Part shown: piece after piece, positions 49,023-57,580 of the stretch
Position numbering within the stretch: position 1 is the stretch's first letter
How the letters are laid out: each line of letters starts with the position of its first letter
Assembly: GCA_044892505.1 (NCBI GenBank)
Contig: CM097883.1
Coordinates: 178,684,001 to 178,741,580, forward strand
Reading direction: 5' to 3'
Length of the DNA stretch: 57,580 nt
Source: Schmidtea nova
Taxonomy: Eukaryota
Program-made: the position numbers and the translations under genes
Notes under the pieces: model-generated
Databases searched by the model: none
What the model saw: only the letters and a program-made list of their open reading frames with translations
Told to the model about the DNA's origin: nothing

Positions 49023-50530
49023 TTATCTTGGTCTGCCACCGCTACAAGGGTGCATTATAGCGGTCCACATAAAGTCAATTGAAATGACTTCAAATGGTTG
49101 TACAACCTCAACTATCTTTCGGCTTGGACATATTCCATATTTCTCTATTTTTACTTGTGCAATTCCTTTCATTTCCTCTCTATAATATTCAGTTTTAATA
49201 TATTCCTTAACTTTTCTCATTACAGAATTGCACGATTTTCTATGAATCTCAATAATAAATCTTTTACGTTTAGGTTTTGGCATCCGAATCTTTTTTATGG
49301 TTTTCAAAACTTTATTTTCCCTTATAAATTTATCTTCTCTATTTAGTTGATCAATCTTTTTAGAACATTGTTTTATTTCTTCCTTATCCATTAGCCATAT
49401 TTTCACTTGACACAACTGCTGATTATCCAAAGGTTTGGCTCTTACATTTTTACATATTGTGTCTTCATTACCCAAACAAATATTCTGAACCTCTTCCATA
49501 GTTGTCTCTTGACATTGCATCGGCTTTTATGTGATTAATTCCTTTCTTAAATTCTATTCACATATCTAAATTACTACAAGCGTTTATCCATGGTAAAACT
49601 GTGCCATTACTGGTTTTTTTGCAGGAAGCATGAAGGTTATCGCTTTAAAATCTGTTCTAACCAAAGACCTTTGTACACGAAGATAATGTATAAATTGTTG
49701 CGTAAGAAAATGTATTCATAACTATTCTTTACTTTATATATAATATCATAATCCAGGCTTATTTTTTATATGAGAATCAAAAGGAATTACTATTTCGTGA
49801 CTCCCGTCATCCTTCTGTTACAATATCTCTCCAATAGACTCGGATTAACGTCTCCCGAAAAGCTGGATTTTTAAAAACAGGTTCTACCGATAATGGTTAT
49901 TATAGTTTTACAAAAAGATATTCACATTCATCTGACCAAACTAATTTATTTTTATTATCCTCACGCATCCTTTTAATGTCCATGCAAACGTTTCGTAAAT
50001 CTTTATAAGTTTTCGATAATAATTACAGATCCTGAAAAAGCTTTTTGAATTCTTTATGCGATTTTCTATATCACAATTCTTAATAGTATTTAATTTACTT
50101 TTATTTGTTTGAATTCCTTTTGAATAGATTATATGACCTAAAGATTTGATTTCATATTTCATGAAAACACAGAGTTTAATCAAGGGTTTAATCAAACTTC
50201 TTTAATTCTATTCAATACTTTGTCAACTTTGATCAAATGCTCTTCCTTATTCTATCGAAATATGTCATCAAGCTATATTGATGCCTCTTTCAATTGTCAA
50301 CCCTTTATCACCAAGGTCTTTAGCCACTGGAACTTATTGGTGCTGCTGCGATATCAAACGGCATTTGGAAGAAACTAAATTGAACTAATTTATTTGAAAA
50401 TCTATTTAATCGAGAATTTTATTCCAATTCTACTTGGTAATATGCACTACCTAGGTCGACAGAAGTAAAGAATTTAGCATAACTTTAAATGTATAGCAAC
50501 TTTTCTATATTAGAAATGGCTAAAGCTCAT
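49023..50530 (-). mobile_element. Highly decayed Ty3/Gypsy pol remnant
   Basis: YAKFFTSVDLGSAY (RT), FFQMPFDIAAAP, YEIKSLGHIIYSKGIQTNKSK, RNYYRKLI-like segment and VVQPFEVISIDFM (integrase). Confidence 0.78.
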
Positions 50531-50825
50531 ATTTTTCTAACCTCATTAAAACCCCTGAATTCTAAGCATAATCTAATTTCATATTTTATCTATACCCAAT
50601 ACTAAACGTAGGTTCCACTGAGATTCACTGTTTCGAGTAATTCAGTTGGTTTTCGAATTTCCAATTGCATCGTTGACTTATTTTGGAACTTCTGTTGTTT
50701 TTTTTAAAATCACCTTTATTAATAACAAATTTATTTTCCTTTTTATTTGTATCCAACAAAATGGAGAAAGGATTTTAAAATAAAAAAGATGTTTTAAAAT
50801 ATTTGGGAATCTCTATATATTTAAA

Positions 50826-51493
50826 GGATTTGCGGACAATTCACCGTATAGCAATTCACCATATAGCAATTCACCGTATAGTAATTCACAGTATAGTAAT
50901 TCACCGTATAGCAATTCACCGTATGAGCAATTCACCGTATGAGCAATTCACCGTATGAGCAATTCACCGTATGAGCAATTCACCGTATGAGCAATTCACC
51001 GTATGAGCAATTCACCGTATGAGCAATTCACCGTATAGCAATTCAACGTATGAGCAATTCACCGTATGAGCAATTCACCGTATGAGCAATTCACCGTATG
51101 AGAAATTCACCGTATGAGCAATTCACCGTATGAGCAATTCACCGTTTTGGTTATGTATTGAGACGTTTGAATTTGTAAATTTGTAAATATGTTAAAGTTC
51201 TTTTTTTACTAAGAAAAGAAGTAATTTACAANNNNNNNNNNNNNNNNNNNNNNNNNNNNNNNNNNNNNNNNNNNNNNNNNNNNNNNNNNNNNNNNNNNNN
51301 NNNNNNNNNNNNNNNNNNNNNNNNNNNNNNNNNNNNNNNNNNNNNNNNNNNNNNNNNNNNNNNNNNNNNNNNNNNNNNNNNNNTACGATGAATTACTATA
51401 CGGTGAATTACTATACGGTGATTTGCTATACTGTGATTTTCTATACGGTGAATTACTATACGCTGAATAATTTACGGTGAATTGTCCGGATCC
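50826..51493. mobile_element. Foldback-type non-autonomous DNA transposon with tandem-repeat arms
   Basis: Ends GGATTTGCGGACAATTCACCGTA / TACGGTGAATTGTCCGGATCC; ~20 copies of a 15/16-bp unit GCAATTCACCGTAT(G)A on the left and inverted units on the right, cut by an N-run. Candidate 8-bp TSD TATTTAAA / CATTTAAA. Confidence 0.78.
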
Positions 51494-51715
51494 CATTTAA
51501 AGATATGCAAAAACTTTCTACTCAAAGAAACTTCGGATATAATAACTGATTATTAAAAATGAAATACAATACCAAATCTGTTAATTCTTCAGAAATATAT
51601 AAAAGATCTTTCAAGTTTCTCAAGGAAACTCTATAAAAAATCTTTAGAGTATACAGTTTATACAATTCTAGGAAAAAATACTAACTATGAAGTATAATTA
51701 TTGAATATAATTATA

Positions 51716-51750
51716 CCTAACCCTAACCTATAACCCTAAACTAACCCTAA
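51716..51750. repeat. Degenerate interstitial telomeric-type (CCCTAA)n repeat
   Basis: CCTAACCCTAACCTATAACCCTAAACTAACCCTAA. Confidence 0.6.
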
Positions 51751-53508
51751 AATAACTCGACGCTGTAATTGGGATTGATGCAATGAATAAGCAGAATGAA
51801 AATAAGGCATTTTAATTATAATACCCAGTTGGTATTTTTTATAGTTGGTATTTTTTCCAATTGATATTATTTCCCAAAGCAGTATTTATACAGTTTATCA
51901 TGTCAGAAAATATCTTTCACTGAAAGAGAAGATCCAAGATAATATTTTAACCCATGATGTGTAAAATATATTGGATTTTATTAAGATTTTTATATTTTCC
52001 TTTTTTTCATTTTTATTAAAAAGCATTTTTATTTTACTCAACACAAACCTTTGCACTGACCATTTTATATGTAATTTAAAAAGGTTATTTTCTAGATATT
52101 ACCTAAAAAATGAAAATAAAGGAAATCAAAAAAAAAACGTTTTAATGAAATTGAAACGTTTTATTAAAAATGACCACATGGCAACCTGTTAATGACATAA
52201 TTACAAGTAAGACAAAATAATGTTTTTTTTTTTAAATTTTATTTTCCTTATCATTTTTTATTTTCCCTTTTGAATTTTTTGTTTATATTTCAGAAAGTTT
52301 TAAGTTTTTTGTAAAAGATACACAAATATTCGACACAACAGTTTTTTCAGTGAAAATGTGTGTAGTTTTAATATTTATAAAAAAATGAAAATTTCTGTAA
52401 TATTATTTTGTTAAATTAATTAAATTAATAAACTATAAAATTGTGTGATATCATGGGAAAATCTATTTTTACAAATGTTTTCTTATTTTTTTGTTTATTA
52501 TACGGATGATTCCTTTAAATTTTGCAAGTGGAGGAAAATATTCCGGAAAACTGAAGTTAATGATTTATTCCTTCTTTTTGGAATGTTTTAAATACATAAA
52601 GAAACATATAATGTTGAAAAAAATGTAAAATTAAGCAACTAATTGCTGGTGGCCAATTTACAAAAAGAAAACAAAATATTGTGACCGTTAAATTAGACTC
52701 CACCAGTGTGTAGTAGTAAATAATTGAACCGGGAAATAGTAAACCTTTTCAAGGTTTCAAGCATAATATTATGCTGACTGTAAATTTTTAATGTTTACTT
52801 AATTAAAATAGGCTTGGAGAGTGTTTTATATTTTTATATAAAATAAAAGTTTGGACTAATTTTGCCTAGGTCTAAAAAACAGAATATTATCATCTTTAAT
52901 TATCATCTTTTATTGCAACAAGTTTTCTTTGCAATGATTTTTTCTTGAAATGAATTTTCCTTCGCTGAATTTTTTGTAATTAATATACCATATACCAAAC
53001 ATACTGTTGTAGTTTAGGAACTTAAAAATTCAAAAAATTATTTTATGCATTTTTTTTATTTTTGGGAGAAAAACATTGAAGAATAATCAACTCAGGGTTT
53101 CAAATGTCTTAGACCAGCTTTGGAATTATTAGCCATTTTAGAAGATTATTTTACAAGTTATCTGGAAGTAGTGCGGAGTCCATTTATCACATAATATACC
53201 CTAAAGCAATTCCAACATTAAAACAAAAGAATATTTATTAAATAAAATTTATAATAAAATATTTTTATTTATGGCAACAACACTTTTATCTAGAGTGAAT
53301 AGAATAAAATTTGGCAAAAGCTCTTAAAAAATAGGTGGTTGTTCTTGTAAGATGTATTGTAATCTAATAAAGTTTAAATAAAATATTTTACTGAAAATTA
53401 CATTTTTTAAAATTTGCGTTAAAAATAAAACAAAATATTGATTATCACAATAATCTTTTGGTTTTAATCTTTTTAATCTTTTTAAAATTTTTAAAATTTT
53501 TTAAAATA

Positions 53509-53620
53509 TTAATTTTTGTAAGACTAGATCAATTATTTTTGTATTAAGTACACGTTATATCAGTGCAGCCTTTATCAAGTGTGTCGAAAATTTATTTCCA
53601 TCTAGTCTTACAAATATTAA
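53509..53620. repeat. Diverged pLTR-related palindrome
   Basis: TAAGACTAGAT...ATCTAGTCTTA inverted ends; central CAGCCTTTATCAAGTGTGT is identical over 19 nt to 54517-54535. Confidence 0.5.
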
Positions 53621-54419
53621 TATGGAAATTATTAAATAAATATTGGTTGTTAAGTTTAAAATATGCAGATAAATTTTCTAACATTATCAAATTATGTTAT
53701 AAAACAAATTTCATTTATATGAAATTACTGTAGAATCCTTTTGTGAATAATTTGATACAGAATAGACGTTTTATTGTTGCATAATGAAGGGAGCCGTCTA
53801 TTGCCATCGAAACGTTTACTGAGCCGTGGTGAAAATTTCTAAGCATTGTTACGCATAATGAAGATAATGGGATTTTCATCACGTTTTAATAACAGAAAAT
53901 GAAGCTTTAAAAATGATTGTTTCAATAATAAGGAACTATGTCAGAGTAATAATAACAACAAAAAACTTAATTTATTAAATTAAATTTGTTTATTTTTGTT
54001 TTAAATTACCAATTGCAAGTTATCTAATAAAACTTATATATTAATCAAGTTTCAAGAAAATTTATAAATTATTAAAATCTAATTTTCCTAATATAAAATT
54101 CACAACTAATAAAACGAATTTAAAATATTTTAATAAAAGTAACTTTTAAAATATTAAAGTTCAATACAAATTTAATGTCATTATTTTTAATCTTTTTCAC
54201 ATTTTTTAGTTTTGCATTTCAGACAAGAGAAAAGTAGTAATATTTATTTAATACTAATTTTCGACTAAACTTTAATTTGATTTTAAAACATTTGACAAAG
54301 ACTGCAGAAAATCGGTGTAAAATAATTACATATGATCCATTACAATGATCCATTGTCTAAATTTAATTTTAAAGAAATTAATAATAATAATAATAATAAT
54401 AATATCATAATTATCTTTT

Positions 54420-56351
54420 TTCACCTTTGATCTTTTTTTATTATTATTATCAATAATTCTCATAATGACTATAGATCAAAATTTTTTTTTATAAACAATA
54501 ACACAATATTTCGGCACAGCCTTTATCAAGTGTGTATTTCTATCGTTATATTTACTTAATCCTAAATAGTAGCCTTAATTATTTTTTTAATATTTTATAA
54601 TGATTTTATTGGATGAAAAAATTTATTTTATTTTAATTTTTTTGTGCGAATTGAATGTTGATGGACGGTTTGTATTTTTTTATGAAAAAAGTCTCGGAAG
54701 CTAATCTTTGTAATGAATTTTTGAATCCCTCTTGTAGGATCTGGCATTTTGTTTCTTCTATAGATGGAGTTGTTTTATGTACTTTTTCCCAGTGTTCGTA
54801 ATAATTACTGGTTTTGATTTTAGTATGTTCATTAAGTCGGGTGCGAAAAGTTCTATGTGTTTCTCCTATGTAAGTAGCGTCACATTTTTGACAAGAAAGT
54901 TTATATACTATATTTTTGGAAAAGCAAAAGCATCGGGTTGTGGAACGACAAAGACATTTATGTTTGGAGATGTTGGAAATTGGTGGCTTTCGGAGTTGTG
55001 ATTTTAACGGTGCGGAGGTTATGAACGTTGGACGGATGTGGATAGGCAAATCTGTTTGATTAAAAATGTTGGTGATTTTGTTGGCTGTAGTGTCATTTAG
55101 GAAAGGTAATCTTAGATATGTTGTGTGTTTGTTATTGTTATTGTGTTTCTGGCGTTTTCTATTGTTGCGTTTATTGTGGTATGGTTCGTTAAGGAAGTGT
55201 TTCTTTACAAAGTCTTCAGGGTATCCATTTTGGAGGAATCGTATTTTGAAGTTTTCTAATGTTTCTTGTATTTTGTTTGCGTCTGAACAGTTTCTTATGG
55301 CTCTTTTTCTTTCTCCTATTAGTAATGCGATTTTGCGTTGAAGTGGAACGTGGCTTTTCCATGGGAGGATATGACCGCTATGTAAACCTTTAGAATATAG
55401 CTCGGTGTTTGCATTTAGTGTATCTTGGCCTTTTGTGAAACTTACCATGGTATCTAAAAACGGTATTTTACCTTCTGTGTTCGGTGTTTCAAAAGTAAAT
55501 TGTATGTTGGTGTTAGTAGAATTTGCGTGTGATAGGATTTGATTGAGAGGGATTGTGGAGACTATGAAGATGTCGTCGATGTATCGTTTCCAGAAAAGTA
55601 TTTTGTCCCCAAAAAAAGATATGATCTTAGATTCTATAAAGTTCATGTAGAAGATGGCTAAGATGGGAGAAAGGTTATTACCCATGGCTAATCCATGAAT
55701 TTGTTTGAATGGTTTTTCTTTAATTATGACAGTATCTGAATTTATTGCTAATTTTAGAAGTTCTATAAAGTCTTGTTTAGTTAAGTCTGCGAGGTCAGTA
55801 TTGGCTTTATGAGTTTCAAAGAAAGAAGCTGCGATATCGAAAATGTTATTCTCTCCGTGAAGAGGAATAGATCCGTAAAGATTGGAAACGTCAAGAGATC
55901 CCCAGAAGTACTGTTGTCCTGAGTTTAACGGAAGAGACGTATTTGTAATTTCGGAGACGAATTCAGTTGTGTTTTTAAGATGAGAAGGAACCAAAGGCAA
56001 AAGTGTTTTTAGAATTTCTGAAAGAACTTTAGAAAGTGTTGTGGAAGGAGTGTCAACTGCAGATACAAGAGGTCTACCTTTTAAAGGACTTTTGTGATCT
56101 TTAGGTAACATAGTCATATTACTAGGTAAAGGCTCACTGCAGTTGCATTTTAAAAGTAAATCTTTGATTTGAAGGTTAATTTGTTTATTTGCAAGTGTTG
56201 AAAGTTTCTTATTGTATAAAATCTGAGTCGATGCAGGTAAGATTATTTTGTTTATCGGTTCATAGTTCGAGAGATGTTCTTCAAATAGAGTATTGTATTG
56301 TTCTGTGTCAAGAGCAATTAGTCGATTTGTTTTATCTGATGGAAGAATTGT
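54420..56351 (-). mobile_element. Penelope-like retroelement copy A: 5'-truncated, with 3' pLTR
   Basis: Continuous RT-GIY-YIG frame plus a downstream terminal repeat shared with 31055-31225 and 34961-35100. Confidence 0.95.
54633..56351 (-). CDS. PLE reverse transcriptase + GIY-YIG endonuclease (5'-truncated; the frame is open upstream of the called Met at 56117)
   Basis: TILPSDKTNRLIALD, LPKDHK, SLDVSNLYG, GLAMGNNLSP, RYIDDIF, IPFLD, NGYP, Cys-rich linker HKCLC...RCFC and IVYKLSCQKCDATYIGETHRTFRTRLNEH. No stops. Confidence 0.95.
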   Translation of the reverse strand, partial: TILPSDKTNRLIALDTEQYNTLFEEHLSNYEPINKIILPASTQILYNKKLSTLANKQINLQIKDLLLKCNCSEPLPSNMTMLPKDHKSPLKGRPLVSAVDTPSTTLSKVLSEILKTLLPLVPSHLKNTTEFVSEITNTSLPLNSGQQYFWGSLDVSNLYGSIPLHGENNIFDIAASFFETHKANTDLADLTKQDFIELLKLAINSDTVIIKEKPFKQIHGLAMGNNLSPILAIFYMNFIESKIISFFGDKILFWKRYIDDIFIVSTIPLNQILSHANSTNTNIQFTFETPNTEGKIPFLDTMVSFTKGQDTLNANTELYSKGLHSGHILPWKSHVPLQRKIALLIGERKRAIRNCSDANKIQETLENFKIRFLQNGYPEDFVKKHFLNEPYHNKRNNRKRQKHNNNNKHTTYLRLPFLNDTTANKITNIFNQTDLPIHIRPTFITSAPLKSQLRKPPISNISKHKCLCRSTTRCFCFSKNIVYKLSCQKCDATYIGETHRTFRTRLNEHTKIKTSNYYEHWEKVHKTTPSIEETKCQILQEGFKNSLQRLASETFFIKKYKPSINIQFAQKN

Positions 56352-57580
56352 GGGTAATAACCTTGGGTAATAACCTTTCTCCCATCTTAGCCATCTTCTA
56401 CATGAACTTTATAGAATCTAAGATCATATCTTTTTTTGGGGACAAAATACTTTTCTGGAAACGATACATCGACGACATCTTCATAGTCTCCACAATCCCT
56501 CTCAATCAAATCCTATCACACGCAAATTCTACTAACACCAACATACAATTTACTTTTGAAACACCGAACACAGAAGGTAAAATACCGTTTTTAGATACCA
56601 TGGTAAGTTTCACAAAAGGCCAAGATACACTAAATGCAAACACCGAGCTATATTCTAAAGGTTTACATAGCGGTCATATCCTCCCATGGAAAAGCCACGT
56701 TCCACTTCAACGCAAAATCGCATTACTAATAGGAGAAAGAAAAAGAGCCATAAGAAACTGTTCAGACGCAAACAAAATACAAGAAACATTAGAAAACTTC
56801 AAAATACGATTCCTCCAAAATGGATACCCTGAAGACTTTGTAAAGAAACACTTCCTTAACGAACCATACCACAATAAACGCAACAATAGAAAACGCCAGA
56901 AACACAATAACAATAACAAACACACAACATATCTAAGATTACCTTTCCTAAATGACACTACAGCCAACAAAATCACCAACATTTTTAATCAAACAGATTT
57001 GCCTATCCACATCCGTCCAACGTTCATAACCTCCGCACCGTTAAAATCACAACTCCGAAAGCCACCAATTTCCAACATCTCCAAACATAAATGTCTTTGT
57101 CGTTCCACAACCCGATGCTTTTGCTTTTCCAAAAATATAGTATATAAACTTTCTTGTCAAAAATGTGACGCTACTTACATAGGAGAAACACATAGAACTT
57201 TTCGCACCCGACTTAATGAACATACTAAAATCAAAACCAGTAATTATTACGAACACTGGGAAAAAGTACATAAAACAACTCCATCTATAGAAGAAACAAA
57301 ATGCCAGATCCTACAAGAGGGATTCAAAAATTCATTACAAAGATTAGCTTCCGAGACTTTTTTCATAAAAAAATACAAACCGTCCATCAACATTCAATTC
57401 GCACAAAAAAATTAAAATAAAATAAATTTTTTCATCCAATAAAATCATTATAAAATATTAAAAAAATAATTAAGGCTACTATTTAGGATTAAGTAAATAT
57501 AACGATAGAAATACACACTTGATAAAGGCTGTGCCGAAATATTGTGTTATTGTTTATAAAAAAAAATTTTGATCTATAGT
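56352..57580 (+). mobile_element. Penelope-like retroelement copy B, more 5'-truncated (starts at GNNLSP), inverted relative to copy A; runs off the window edge
   Basis: Translation from GNNLSP to the stop at 57415 is identical to copy A, and the 3' region mirrors 54468-54632. The N-terminal ~65 aa of ORF 56189-57415 are just the antisense of copy A. Confidence 0.95.
57511..57550 (+). ncRNA. Variant minimal hammerhead ribozyme in the pLTR (mirror copy at 54498-54537, minus strand)
   Basis: Stem I ACAC/GTGT (extendable ATA/TAT with a bulge); core TTGATAA (U3...A8); extra A; stem II GGC-TGT-GCC; GAAA; palindromic AATATT stem III; AUU triplet. Confidence 0.7.

Noticed and set aside
50836-51146. 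CRISPR-like array
   Set aside because: Units are contiguous with no unique spacers, there are no cas genes, and the context is eukaryotic.
51209-51496. ORF with YSNSPY repeats
   Set aside because: Translation of the transposon's tandem repeat across an N-run.
53780-53822. Possible hammerhead relic ATGAAGG...GCCATCGAAACGTT
   Set aside because: Core and stems are too degenerate to support.

Overview
Very AT-rich eukaryotic, probably metazoan, genomic window: short GT-AG introns, a TTAGGG-type repeat, and 11 N-runs whose poly-X ORFs are artefacts. It is dominated by nested transposable elements. Left to right: (i) a small spliced ORF followed by a Polinton/Maverick protein-primed DNA polymerase B with one frameshift and a tandem-repeat-rich terminus ending ...CTACTACT at 7172, inserted into a decayed Gypsy pol that also carries a full-length dead DD34D mariner; (ii) a decayed Penelope element, a deleted hAT (Buster/Charlie) transposase, a Gypsy lacking protease and RT, and three hAT MITEs with perfect 8-bp TSDs; (iii) an intronless, internally deleted RTEL1 helicase pseudogene; (iv) a 135-bp-arm inverted repeat carrying a canonical minimal hammerhead ribozyme preceded by a U1-snRNA-5'-end-like motif, with the other arm broken by a TA-targeting MITE; (v) a DD41D transposase pseudogene and an intact DD34E IS630/Tc1-like element whose TIRs are arrays of 23-bp repeats; (vi) two exons of a host DPP6/DPP10-like gene on the minus strand; (vii) a foldback-type MITE; (viii) a very young head-to-head inverted pair of Penelope-like retroelements whose terminal repeats contain a non-canonical hammerhead (U3-A8 plus an extra A), with solo palindromic copies elsewhere. 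No rRNA, tRNA or CRISPR array was seen. All family assignments come from motif recognition by eye, not from database searches.
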